The notes under the pieces were generated by a model, which was not told the origin of the DNA, did no database searches, and saw nothing but the letters and a program-made list of their open reading frames with translations. 64,000 nucleotides of DNA from contig CAVXOI010000004.1 in NCBI GenBank assembly GCA_963763355.1, forward strand, positions 123,514 to 187,513, read 5' to 3'. The position numbers and the translations under genes were made by a program. Positions 28,264-39,269 of the stretch are shown piece by piece; position 1 is the stretch's first letter, and every line of letters starts with the position of its first letter. The stretch comes from an uncultured Acidobacteriota bacterium. Lineage in GTDB: Bacteria > Acidobacteriota > Blastocatellia > Pyrinomonadales > Pyrinomonadaceae.

Positions 28264-30702
28264 ACTCGCGGCCCATCACCGCAGCGGCGCTCAACGCCTT
28301 TTCGGTCTCTAATATATGATGCGTGGTTTGAATCACCGTATCCGGATTAAGTGAGATCGAATTGATCCCGCGCTCGACCAGAAACTCGCGCAAATTCCGG
28401 ATAATCCGACGGCGCCTGCCCGCAGATTCCGATTTTCTTCCCGTTTCGTTTCGCGGCATCGATCGCCATCGCGACCATTTTTTCGACCGCTCCGTTCCGC
28501 TCGTCGAACAGATGGGCGACCATCTCGGAATCGCGATCAAGCCCCAGGGCAAGCTGCGTCAGATCGTTCGAACCGATCGAATAGCCATCGAATACCTCAA
28601 GGAACTCATCCGCGAAAACCACGTTCGCCGGCAGCTCGCACATCGCGTAGATCTCAAGGTCGTTTTCGCCCTGCACAAGTCCGAACTCGCGCCATCAGCG
28701 CGATCGACCTTTTCGCCTTCTTCGACCGTACGGCAGAAAGGGATCATCGGCTTTCACGTTCGTCAGGCCCATGTCTTCGCGGACGCGTGACCATAGCCAG
28801 ACATTCCAGCCTGAAATCCGGCTTTGTACCGGTCGTCGTAATAGCGGGACGCACCGCGAAAACCGATCATCGGATTTTCCTCGATCGGCTCGAACTCCTT
28901 TCCGCCGATAAGCATCGCGTATTCGTTCGATTTGAAATCCGACATTCTGACGATCACCGGCTTCGGATAAAACGCCGCGGCGATACGGCCGATACCTTCC
29001 GGCAAGCGAGCGGACAAAGAATTCCTTCGGGTCTTCTTCGAGAATTCGTCCGGCGATCACATCGATATCGGCCTGCTTTCTCAGATTCGGATAATTGACC
29101 AGCGCCATCGGGTGAATGCCGATGTGGTTGTTGATGATGAACTCAAGCCGGGCAAGCCCGACGCCGTCGTTCGGCAGCCGCGAAACGGCGAACGCGTGGT
29201 CCGGGTCGCCGACGTTCATCATGACCTGTGTTTCGGGGCGTTCGTTGTCTGTTATCTCGTGCTTTTTCGACCTTGAAATCGACCTTGCCGTAATAAACGT
29301 TTCCGCCGCTCGCCTTCGGCGCACGAAACCGTTACTTCCGTGCCGGTCCTGATCGCCTCGGTCGCGTTGCCGGTGCCGACGATGCACGGAATGCCCAAGT
29401 TCGCGGCTGATGATCGCGCTGTGACATGTCCGCCCGCCGCGTTCGGTGACGATCGCGGAGGCGCGTTTCATGATCGGTTCCCACGCCGGATCGGTCATCG
29501 TCGTGACAAGGATCTCGCCTTCCTTAAAGGTATTCAGCTTTGAAGGGTCAAGCATGACGTGGGCAGCACCGTTTCCGATCTTTTCGCCGACGGCGACGCC
29601 CGTCGCCAGCGGCGCTCCGTGATCGCCCGTAAGGCGATAGGTTTCGATGAAATTTGTATCCGTTTTGAGTGTGAACCGTTTCGGGCCGGGCCTGAAGGAT
29701 GAACAGCTCGCCGGTGATCCCGTCCTTTGCCCATTCGATGTCCATCGGCTGGTGCTGGCCCGCAAGATTCGAATAATGGTCCTCGATCGCGCATGCCCAT
29801 TTTGCGAGCTGCAGCACTTCAAAACCGGCAAGACAAAAACGTTTTCGCTGCGACTCGACCACATCGCGGACCTGTGTGCCGGTCCCGTCGTCGGCAAAAA
29901 CCATTTTTACTTCTTTTACGCCAAGCTTTCGCGTAACGATCGGCCGAAAACCGAGTTTGAGCGTCGGCTTAAAAACGATCCATTCGTCCGGCGTCGCCAT
30001 TCCCTGCACGACCGCTTCGCCGAGGCCCCAGGCACCGTTGATGACGACTGCCTCGCGAAAACCGCTTTCCGTATCGAGCGTGAACATCACGCCCGAACAG
30101 GCCGCGTCGGAACGCACCATCGGCTGGATACCGATCGACAGTGCAACATCGAAATGGTCGAAGCCTTTTGCGGTTCGATAAGAGATGGCCCGGTCGGTCC
30201 AGAGCGACGCAAAGCATTCGTGGCAGGCCTCGATGAGCCGCTGTTCGCCGCGGACATTCAGGATCGTATCCTGCTGTCCGGCGAACGATGCGTCGGGAAG
30301 GTCTTCGGCAGTCGCCGAGGAACGCACCGCGACCTCGAAGTTCTTTTTCCCGATACGCTCGCCCAGGCGCTTGTATCCATCGTGGATGGCGGCCTCAACC
30401 TCAGGCGGGAATGGCGTTTCGAGCATCAACGCTCTTGCCTCGCCCCCGACGCGGGCCAGCTCGTCGAGATCATTTACATCGAGGCCTTTGAGCAATTTTT
30501 GGAGCTTTTTGCGTAAGCCGTTTGTCTCAAGAAGTAGCTCGTAAGCAAAGCTGGTCGTCGAAAAACCATCTACCGCGCGGACACCCTGTGTCGTCAACTC
30601 ACGAAACAACTCACCCAGGCTGGCGCACTTGCCGCCAACGAGGGCAACGTCTTTATTGCCGACCTGGCTGAAATCTAGTACGTATGAATTTCCGTTTGTC
30701 AT
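28262..30702 (-). CDS. ppsA: phosphoenolpyruvate synthase (about 5 or more frame breaks)
   Basis: N-terminus [34 protein letters not shown]; central swivelling His region [15 protein letters not shown]; C-terminus [10 protein letters not shown] and [12 protein letters not shown]. Pieces include 29548..30927, 28695..29897, 28763..29017, 28347..28676 and 28262..28552. Confidence 0.85.
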
Positions 30703-30729
30703 TCGCCTGCCTTCTTGCGGCTGTGCCGC

Positions 30730-30872
30730 CCGATGTGCGGAAAAGCTGTGCTTTTCCGAAAGCCAACCAAGGCCCGATGCGGCTATGCCGCCGCTCTCTT
30801 GTTCAACCAACGACGGCATAGCCGCAGGAGGTTGAAGTTCGCTCGGAAAAGCGTAGCTTTTCCGCACATCGG
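30730..30872. promoter_or_regulatory. 143-nt nested palindrome upstream of ppsA containing two identical-arm 21-bp palindromes
   Basis: cggaaaagc-tgt-gcttttccg (30738-30758), cggaaaagc-gta-gcttttccg (30844-30864), inner 12-bp pair gcggctatgccg / cggcatagccgc, and outer 18-bp pair 30730-30747 / 30855-30872. Confidence 0.6.
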
Positions 30873-30988
30873 TGGCGCATAGCCCCAAAAACTCAAGAAC
30901 CGGCTTATGCTCTCGCCGCAAAGGCATTCGTCAAATATTCCGCGATACTCACTGAATTCCTCCCAATTCAAGCTGGTGTCCTTAGAGC

Positions 30989-31333
30989 CTAAACTCCTCT
31001 CGATGAGATTTGAAACGGGTTTCCGTCCGGGTCACGCCCGTCGCATAAATGAATGTCGCCGAATTCGACCACTTCCGACATTTCAACCCCGTGCCCGATC
31101 AGCCGTTCGCGTTCCGCGGCCACGTCTTTTGATCCAAAAACGATCTTGATCCAGCCGCCTCGTCCTTCCCCAGCTTCGCCATACTTATGAAAGGCGATGT
31201 TGCTTTTGCCCGATCTAAGCTCGGCCCAATCCGGCCCCGGTTCGCCGACATTTTCAAGGCCAAAGTTCGAGCGATAAAACTCGCAAAGCCGAGCAACATC
31301 GTGAGTGAAGATTATCACGCGAGACAAGTCCAT
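30989..31333 (-). CDS. VOC (glyoxalase/bleomycin-resistance) family protein
   Basis: 114 aa, VIIFTHDVARLCEFYRSNFGL ... HLCDGRDPDGNPFQI. Confidence 0.65.
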   Translation of the reverse strand: MDLSRVIIFTHDVARLCEFYRSNFGLENVGEPGPDWAELRSGKSNIAFHKYGEAGEGRGGWIKIVFGSKDVAAERERLIGHGVEMSEVVEFGDIHLCDGRDPDGNPFQISSRGV

Positions 31334-31353
31334 ACCGGCCGATTGTGACAGTG

Positions 31354-32398
31354 TTAAAAACGTATTACGGCATCCGGCCCGCCTTCGACGTGGACGGTGT
31401 CGACAAAACGGATGCTCTTTGAATCGGTGGTCATCACGACCGAATGCGTGCGTTTGCCGGCACCGAAAAAGCGTACGCCGCGGAGCAATGCCCCGTCGGT
31501 AACGCCGGTCGCGGCAAAGATGACCTTCTTTCCGGGCGCCAGATCGTTCGTATCGTAAATCTTTTCAGGGTCGCTGATCCCCATCTCTTTGAGCCGTTCT
31601 TTTACTTTGTCGGCGGGCGGCACCTTTGATTTGTCGACGCCGAGACGCTCGGGATCGAAAATAAGCTTTGCCTGGATCTCGCCGTTGAGGCATTTCATCG
31701 CCGCGGCTGTTATGACGCCTTCGGGCGCTCCGCCGATTCCCATCAGCGCATGAATGTTCGTACCGGCGACGGCCGCCGAAATTCCGGCCGAAAGGTCGCC
31801 ATCCGAAATAAGCCTGATGCGTGCACCGGTCGCGCGGACATCGGCAATGAGCTGCTTGTGACGAGGACGGTCGAGACAGATCACTGTTAGATCGTCTACA
31901 TCTCGTCCGAGGCGACGTGCGATGTTTTTCAAGTTATCGGCCACCGGCGCTTCGATATCGACAACGCCCCGCGACGACGGACCGACGACGATCTTGTCCA
32001 TGTAGATGTCCGGAGCATTTAGCAAACCGCCGCGTTCGGCCGCGGCGAGCACGGCGATAGCGTTATTTGCACCGAGAGCACACAGGTTCGTGCCTTCGAG
32101 CGGATCGACCGCTATATCAACTTCAGGGAACTCACTCCGGGCTTCGTCGGAAAATATTCCCGCCGCCGACCTCTTCACCGATATAGAGCATCGGGGCTTC
32201 GTCGCGTTCGCCTTCGCCGATGACGATGCGGCCGCGCATCGGGACGGTGTCCATTACCTCGCGCATGGCCTCGACCGCTACATGGTCGGAATGTTTGCGG
32301 TCGCCCTGCCCCATTGTCTTGGCGGATTCGATGGCCGCGGCCTCGGTCACGCGCAGAAAATCAAGAGATAATTCGCGCTCCGCTTTGATGTCTTTCAT
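31354..32398 (-). CDS. glpX: class II fructose-1,6-bisphosphatase (one frame break near 32150)
   Basis: [45 protein letters not shown]. Pieces 32132..32398 and 31354..32178. Confidence 0.85.
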
Positions 32399-32578
32399 CT
32401 GTTTTTCCTTATATTTAACGACCCGTCGAGAATCAGTGATTCAGGCATTCTACCACTTGTCTAACCTCATTTGACAAGTTATGCTCTGGATATTACGGTT
32501 TTAGTTTGCTGCGTTTGAGCGGAAGGCCCCGTAGGGTGAAACCCCGGGGTTTTCAAAGGAGGAGAGTGTTTTGAATCG

Positions 32579-32875
32579 ATGACCTATATTGTCACTGAGC
32601 CCTGTATTGACTGTAAATATACCGACTGTGCCGCCGTTTGCCCCGTCGAGGCCTTTCACGAACTGCCCGATCGATTGCTGATCAATCCGGACACCTGTAT
32701 CGACTGCGACGCGTGCATTCCTGAATGCCCGGTGGAAGCGATCTTTTCGGACATGTCGGTCCCAGAGGAGTATCTTTCCTGGCTCGAGATCAATAAAGAG
32801 GCCGAGAATTATCCGATCATTAGTACAAAACAGCCGGCCCTTTTTGCCTCCGCCTGCAAGGGCCAGCCGGAATAG
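32579..32875 (+). CDS. fdxA: 7Fe (3Fe-4S + 4Fe-4S) ferredoxin
   Basis: CIDCKYTDCAAVCPVEAF and CIDCDACIPECPVEAI. Confidence 0.85.
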   Translation: MTYIVTEPCIDCKYTDCAAVCPVEAFHELPDRLLINPDTCIDCDACIPECPVEAIFSDMSVPEEYLSWLEINKEAENYPIISTKQPALFASACKGQPE

Positions 32876-32892
32876 AAGGTCCTTTAAACGAT

Positions 32893-32927
32893 GACAGCGG
32901 CCGCAATCAAAGGATCCGGCCGCTGTC
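32893..32927. terminator. 11-bp hairpin between convergent genes (no clear U-tract)
   Basis: gacagcggccg ... cggccgctgtc. Confidence 0.4.
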
Positions 32928-32944
32928 GCTGCGCTCGCGTGTGG

Positions 32945-34225
32945 TTACGGCTCGGCTATAAAGCTAAGGTCGGTCACGGAGTCGCCGGCATTTACCAGGT
33001 GGTGTGACTCAGCGAACCGATATTGCTTAGATCTTACCGATACGATATACGCCTCGCCTGCCTGAACGCCGTCGAACCGGAAATAGCCAAATGCATTCGT
33101 TATAGCGCGAAGCGGTTCCTCGAGACCTCCGCCCGAGAGTGTGACCGTCACCCGCCCGAGCCCACGGCCATTCGCTGTCATAACTCGACCGCCGATCGAA
33201 ATATCGGCCGCGGTCTGGACGCCAGCTGTCACTGGAACGGTAGCAATACCGAACGGACATGCTCCCGTGGTCGGGATCTCGGCTATGACGGCCAGCGTGG
33301 TGGCATTTATTACGGAAACGGTGCCTGAACCCTGATTCGTGACCAAGATAGTTCCGCTGGCGCCCAGGGCGATGCCGCTCGGGAATGCCCCGACTATTAC
33401 ATTACTGATGATCGTGTTGGTCGCTGTATCGATAACCGAAACAGCGTGCGAACCTTGGTTGGCGACGTAAACACGGTTCCCGCTCGCAGTGACCGCGATA
33501 GCGATCGGGGCATTCAAGACCGGAATGGTCGCGACGACCGAATTCGATGTGGTATCGATCACCGAAACATCATCCGACCCGCCATTCGCAACATAGGCGC
33601 GTCCTCCGGCCGAGTCGAGAGCGATGGCCCATGGGATAGTACCGACCGGGATGGTCGCCTCCACAAGGCCCGTCGATGTATTGATCACCGAAACCGATCC
33701 CGACAACCGGTTCGTTACGTAAGCTCGAGTGCCGGCCTGATTGACCTTGACGCCGAACGGTGCCACGCCGACGGGAATGGTTCCGACAACAGTGTTTGTG
33801 GCAGTATCGATGACGGAAACATTATCGTTGCCCTGATTGGTCACGTATACCCGCTGATTGTTGGGTGACGCGGCGACGCCGCTCGGCCCGAGCCCGACCG
33901 GAACCGTTGCGATCACGGACTGTGTCGCGGTACTGATCACCGAAACGCTTGAACCGTTTTGATTTGCGACATAGGCGCGTGTTCCGTTCGGCAGCAGAGC
34001 GACCGCAATAGGCCGCGAACCGACCGGAATAACCGCTATCTCGGCATTAACTCCTGTATCGATGACGGAAACAGTGTCCGCGGCGATATTCGTTACATAC
34101 GCACGGTTCTGCGCCGCGGCAGTCCCGATTCCGATCGTGAGAAGAAGAAAAACCAACAACGAGATGACAAAATATTGTGAGAAAACAGAGACGTCGAAAC
34201 GTCGTGAGAGGCGGTGGGCATACAT
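32945..34225 (-). CDS. YVTN-family beta-propeller repeat protein with C-terminal CarboxypepD_reg-like domain
   Basis: About 7 repeats of the type RAYVANQNGSSVSVIDT / RVYVTNQGNDNVSVIDT. The tail GRV...AFGYFRFDGVQAGEAYIVSVRSKQYRF is typical of the carboxypeptidase-regulatory fold. Confidence 0.75.
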   Translation of the reverse strand: MYAHRLSRRFDVSVFSQYFVISLLVFLLLTIGIGTAAAQNRAYVTNIAADTVSVIDTGVNAEIAVIPVGSRPIAVALLPNGTRAYVANQNGSSVSVISTATQSVIATVPVGLGPSGVAASPNNQRVYVTNQGNDNVSVIDTATNTVVGTIPVGVAPFGVKVNQAGTRAYVTNRLSGSVSVINTSTGLVEATIPVGTIPWAIALDSAGGRAYVANGGSDDVSVIDTTSNSVVATIPVLNAPIAIAVTASGNRVYVANQGSHAVSVIDTATNTIISNVIVGAFPSGIALGASGTILVTNQGSGTVSVINATTLAVIAEIPTTGACPFGIATVPVTAGVQTAADISIGGRVMTANGRGLGRVTVTLSGGGLEEPLRAITNAFGYFRFDGVQAGEAYIVSVRSKQYRFAESHHLVNAGDSVTDLSFIAEP

Positions 34226-34388
34226 ACTCCTAAAAACCCCCTATTTAAACTACAGTTCCCTCACATTATGGAGTCCCGAGGCCAGAGCCTTTGTACCCGA
34301 GGAGACAAATGCCTTTTGGCAAACACGGCCACGGCGAACTACACTATTCCTCGAAGTCGCGATAAATTCTCGTGAAGAGCACCTTAAT

Positions 34389-34598
34389 ATGGTTGAATCC
34401 ACTGATCCGAAGAATACTGCGAAACCGCCGATGCGCTGTACTGAATGCGACCGGGAAATGGATCACTATAATGTTTGGCTGAGGCCGAACGGCGAAGAAG
34501 TGGTTGTGTGCTGGGAATGTAAGGCACGCGAAGAGAAAGGCTTCTTTGCCCAACGAGGCTTCCGCCGCGGCGCCCGGGGCGGTTATATCCCGAGATAG
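34389..34598 (+). CDS. small zinc-ribbon-like hypothetical protein (69 aa)
   Basis: MVESTDPKNTAKPPMRCTECDREMDHYNVWLRPNGEEVVVCWECKAREEKG (CxxC...CxxC). Internal start of ORF 34062..34598. Confidence 0.45.
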   Translation: MVESTDPKNTAKPPMRCTECDREMDHYNVWLRPNGEEVVVCWECKAREEKGFFAQRGFRRGARGGYIPR

Positions 34599-34602
34599 GT
34601 TT

Positions 34603-34676
34603 GGCCCGCGAATTACGCGGATCTTCGCGAATGAAGAACGTATCTTTATTCGCGTTTGTTCGCGTAATTCGCGGGC
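34603..34676. repeat. 33-nt-arm hairpin (16 bp perfect at the base) between the zinc-ribbon gene and def
   Basis: gcccgcgaattacgcg... / ...cgcgtaattcgcgggc, with cgcgaat words repeated within each arm. Confidence 0.75.
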
Positions 34677-34684
34677 AAAATTGT

Positions 34685-35176
34685 ATGGCCGTAAGAAAGA
34701 TCACCGAATATCCCGAAAAGGTGCTTGCCGAGGTTGGAAAGCCGGTCACCGAGTTTGACGATGATCTGGCAGCGCTCTGCGCCGATATGTTCGACACGAT
34801 GTACGACGCCGAGGGCGTTGGCCTCGCGGCACCGCAGATCGGGCTAAACCTCCGCTTGTTCGTTATGGATTGCGACGGTGTAAAGCTGATCGCCGCCAAT
34901 CCTGAGATAACCCATACCGAGGGCGAACAGTCCGGACCCGAGGGCTGCCTCTCGATCGGCAAGATCACCGCAGTCGTCCCGCGTCCTCAAAAAGCGACAC
35001 TGCGAGCACAGGACGAAAACGGCAACTGGTTCGAACGCGAGGCCGAAGGCTACGCCGCCCGAGCCTTCCTCCACGAAACCGACCACTGCAACGGCACACT
35101 CTTCATCGATCGATTGCCGAAACTCCGGCGGGAAATGATAGTAAAGAGATTTAAGAAAGAGAAAAGCTGGAAGTAG
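34685..35176 (+). CDS. def: peptide deformylase
   Basis: GVGLAAPQIG, EGCLSIG and HETDHCNG (the three metal-site motifs). Confidence 0.9.
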   Translation: MAVRKITEYPEKVLAEVGKPVTEFDDDLAALCADMFDTMYDAEGVGLAAPQIGLNLRLFVMDCDGVKLIAANPEITHTEGEQSGPEGCLSIGKITAVVPRPQKATLRAQDENGNWFEREAEGYAARAFLHETDHCNGTLFIDRLPKLRREMIVKRFKKEKSWK

Positions 35177-35199
35177 CGACGGAGCCTAAGCGCGAAAAC

Positions 35200-36422
35200 C
35201 TATTTGCCCATCTCCTTAGCATTGCCCTCGAGCGAGATCGTCGTTACGATCGCGCTGAAGCCGGTTGAGTCGCACTCGTATTTGCCGTTGCTTCCATAAC
35301 CGACCGAAAAGTCGACAGTTTGGCCAGCAGCACATTTAAATACTGAATCGAATGTTTTTTCGAGATTGTATCCTTCAACTTCCGCTGAAAATCTAACTGT
35401 TGATCCGTTTTCGATCACCATCGCGTCGGTTGACCCATAGCAAGCCGCATTCAGACCGCGCCACTGTGCCTGAACACGATAAAACCCGTTCACCGGTGCG
35501 ATCCATCGAACAACACTTCGCTCGCCCTCCGGCCCAGGATGCACCTCGAACATGCTCGGTGGTACAGCTATCGCGTTTTGAGTAAGGAATACGACGTTGG
35601 AAGTATTCTTTAGGACGAACGGGAACCACTCGTCGGGGCGGCTCCACCAATCAACGGGAACTTCGGGGGAACCAAAGTGATTGTTATGATTTGCCTTCTC
35701 GAAAAGTATGAATTTTGAAGGATCATCCTTCGGCGAATAACCATAAGCCCAGTTCCCGTTCGGGTTAGAGGTTGACGCGAAAGACTTAACCGCATCGTCA
35801 CATCCGCCCACTACCAGATTTGTCGTCTCAGTATCTCTTAGGCACTCCTGCCGATCCCAATTAAACCCAGTTTTTCGATTGCCCACATTACTGCCCGCAT
35901 CCAGGGAAAACCACCACGCGCTCGCCGCGGCACCCACGACAAGCCCTGCAAGTCCAGCCCAGATCCATGTTAGCCGATATCGTTTCGGAGTTTCGGTGGC
36001 GGCGGAAACTGCGGGTACGACGTCTACCGATGCCTGCGACCCTGCCGCCCGGAGCCGAACTCGGTAGTTCACGAACTTCCGCATTCAGTCTGTAACCGGT
36101 CTTGGGGAAAGTCTCGATGGAAACCCCCGAGTCCGACTCCATTGCTAAATATCCTTCTTAATGCGGAAACGTGAACAACCAAATTTGCGTCTTCAACAAA
36201 GGAATTACCCCAGACATTTTCGAAGACCTCTTCCTTTTTTACGACCCGATTTCTGCGCTCGACCAGAAAGAGAAGGAGGTCGAATGTCTTTGGCGCCAGG
36301 TGGATCGGTTCCCCGTCGCGGGTCAACAGCCGTTGTTCGACATCGAGGCGATAGCCGCCGAACTCGTAAACCGCTGCACCAAGATTTTTATTTTCCTGTG
36401 AATTACTCCCGTTTTCCGACAT
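35200..36422 (-). CDS. CadC/ToxR-like membrane-anchored regulator: OmpR-type winged helix, one TM, unknown extracytoplasmic domain (2 frame breaks near 36070-36140)
   Basis: YEFGGYRLDVEQRLLTRDGEPIHLAPKTFDLLLFLVERRNRVVKKEEVFENVW, SIETFPKTGYRL (alternative frame), then TM WIWAGLAGLVVGAAASAWWF. Confidence 0.7.
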
Positions 36423-36693
36423 TTAGAAAAAATTTAGATTTCGTTTGAGACACGGCTGCTACGGAAACGATACAAATAGCACGCCCGAAAAGAAATAACA
36501 CAAGTTATTGGAAACATAAATAGGCGGCTCGCATTGTGCGAGATCCGAACAGTACTTTTTGTTTTCACAACTACTCTTCTTACAACGAGGTTTCGGCAGG
36601 AAACTATTGCCATCAACATAAAGTTTCTCGGCTGTTTTCTACATTGAAACTTTGCTCAAGAAATTTTGTCACCTAATTGAAGGAGTTTACACA

Positions 36694-38580
36694 ATGAAAT
36701 CGATCATTCTTTTTTGCTCGAGTTTGCTTTTTGTTGCGAGCATCAGTTTGCAAGCAATGGCCGCAACATACAATGTTGCAGATGGAGATGTAACCGGTTT
36801 GATCGCCGCCGTAAACGCTTCAAATGCGAACGTTGGACCCGACACGATCAACCTTGCCTACGGTGGGACCTACACCCTGACTTATATTGCCGGGCCCGAC
36901 GGGTGGCACGGTGACACAGGACTTCCTATTGTACAAGGCCCGTCTCAGGCACAGCCTGAGACGCTTACAATAAATGGAAATGGTTCCACGATCCAGCGAA
37001 GCCAATCTCCCGGCACACCGGATTTTCGGATCTTTCACGCCCTCTACGCAAATGTGACTATTGATAGCCTGATCATAAAAGGTGGTCGCGGTCAGGGAAG
37101 TCGTTGTGGCGGCGGCGGTTTATACCTAAACGTCTCCAACACGGTGATCAGGAACAGCACAATCACAGAGAATTTTGGCATAGAGGGCGGCGGTATTTGC
37201 AACAACAATGGGAGTACTCTGGCGATCGAGAACAGCACTATAAGCCATAATACTGCTATAGGCGGACGGACCGGCGGAGGGATTCTTAATTTCGCCGCTA
37301 CCCAACTCTCGATCAGCAACAGCACGATTTACGAAAATCAAGCTGGGGGCAGCCCGGGTTTCGAAGGCCGAGGTGACTCGATCGCTGATGATTTTAGCCC
37401 ACCTGGAAGTATCTCGATCAAGAACAGTATTTTGGCGAGCCCTACTCGCGGTATCGGGAACGAGTGTATCTGGTTTACGCCTGTTTCTGGTGGGCATAAT
37501 ATTCTCGGTGATAGCACCTGCGGCCAGAACGTCGCTGGCGGCGACTTAATTGTACCGGACCTCCAACTAGATTCGCTTACGAACAACGGTGGTTTGACGC
37601 CTACACACGCGTTGCCACCCGGAAGTCCTGCTGTAGATGCTATTCCAATTGCTAATTGTACGACCGTCGCTGGGTCACCAGTCTTAACCGACCAACGGGG
37701 AGTAGCGAGGCCGTTCGGATCGGGCTGTGATATTGGGGCCTACGAGTCCGACGTAGTCGAAGATTCGACTCCACCGGAGATCTCGCCATCCGTTACCGGC
37801 ACGCTCGGAAACAATGGCTGGTATACAGGCGATGTCGCAATCCACTGGGAGGTGAGCGGACCCTGAGTCCGACGTCTCTTCTTACACCGGGTGCGACTCG
37901 TCAAGCGTGACGAGCAGATACAGGCGGCGTAACGTTCACATGTTCCGCGACAAGCAGCGGTGGAACGAACTCTGAGTCCTTACGGTCAAGCGTGACGCTA
38001 CGGCGCCTGTAATCACTGTCAATTCGCCAACGGCGAGGAAATTATCTACTAAATCAAGCGGTCACCGTCAATTTCTTCATGCACTGAGGTGCCCACTCGG
38101 ATGTCGCAACCTGCTTCGGTTCGACGTCTAGCGGAGGATGCACTCGACACGGCAAGCGTTGGTGCAAAGGTCATCACCGTCAACGCTTCGGACAATGCCG
38201 GTAACAATGCTGCACCTTTGGTGGTCAACTACACCGTAGGATACGCGATCCAAGTCTTGTTTGATCAAACCAAGGCCCATAAGTCCGGCAGTACCGTGCC
38301 GATCAAGCTACGGCTTATTGACGCTAACGGTTCGAATATGTCGTCATCCTCGATCGTGCTTCATGCAGTTTCCGTCGTTCAGGTGAGCAGTCAAGCCTCG
38401 ACTATTCTCGACGACACGGGTAATTCAAATCCTGATTTTGACTTTAGATTTGATAGTGAACTTGGTGGTTATATCTTTAACCTCAAGACGACCGGCTATG
38501 GGACAGGTACCTATCTACTGAGTTATACGGCCGGCGCGGATCCATATCTCCATTCCGTAGGGTTTCAGGTAAGACAGTAG
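36694..38580 (+). CDS. secreted right-handed beta-helix protein (choice-of-anchor-Q-like) with C-terminal Ig-like domains; several frame breaks in 37866-38090
   Basis: Signal MKSIILFCSSLLFVASISLQAMA, repeated NSTI.xN units, GGHNILGDSTCG, DQRGVARPFGSGCDIGAYE. Pieces 36652..37866 and 38089..38580. Confidence 0.6.
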
Positions 38581-38629
38581 TTCACCTGATCCTGGAGACA
38601 TTTCTCTTTTAACGAATCTGAGATTTGAA

Positions 38630-39253
38630 TTACTCGTGAATCGCGGTTGAGCGAAAAACCGAAAGTCCCTTTTCCTCAACCGCTTTTTCGCGCTCAGTTT
38701 TCACAGGGAATGGGTTACCGTCGATGTTCGAAATCCGGAACTGTCTGTGGGCACCAAAGAGTTGACCGACTTCCTCAGCCAAGAATTCGATATCCGTCTG
38801 CACGAAGACCTGACCGCCTGGCGCAAGGTGGCGGGCGATGGTGTCGACCATTTCATCGTTCACCATCCGTCGTTTCGCGTGCTTTCGCTTGAACCACGGA
38901 TCGGGAAATTGAATTGTCACTTTTTGCAGCAATCCGGCGGGCAAGGCTTCTAGCAGGCGGTCGAGCCAGAGCATTGCGTTGCAGAATGTGTAGTGGAGAT
39001 TTTCCAGGCCTCGTTCGTCGGCCAGGCGGTTCGCTTCTTCGACAAGGGGCTCGCGAATCTCGACGCCGAGGTAGTTCCATGCCGGTTCGGCTTCGGCCAT
39101 TCTTAACAGAAACCTTCCGCGCGCGCATCCGATATCGAGCAGGAGTGGGCGTTCAGGATCGGCGAACACGGACTCAACATCGACGGGCTTTGGGGCCTGG
39201 CGGTAGAACGGGGAAAGCGGATTTACGTGTTGATGAACGCGGACTCGCGGCAT
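38630..39253 (-). CDS. trmB: tRNA (guanine46-N7)-methyltransferase
   Basis: LLDIGCARGRFLL, YLGVEIR and FPDPWFKRKHAKRR. Confidence 0.9.
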   Translation of the reverse strand: MPRVRVHQHVNPLSPFYRQAPKPVDVESVFADPERPLLLDIGCARGRFLLRMAEAEPAWNYLGVEIREPLVEEANRLADERGLENLHYTFCNAMLWLDRLLEALPAGLLQKVTIQFPDPWFKRKHAKRRMVNDEMVDTIARHLAPGGQVFVQTDIEFLAEEVGQLFGAHRQFRISNIDGNPFPVKTEREKAVEEKGLSVFRSTAIHE

Positions 39254-39269
39254 TATTGATCGAGGGCCT

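Noticed and set aside
32517-32552. Possible degenerate REP-1 half-copy (gcggaaggccccgtagggtgaaaccccgggg) upstream of fdxA
   Set aside because: Only short word matches (cggaa..gtaggg) to the REP-1 consensus. It also forms its own small hairpin (ccccg...cgggg). The similarity is too weak to claim without a computed alignment.
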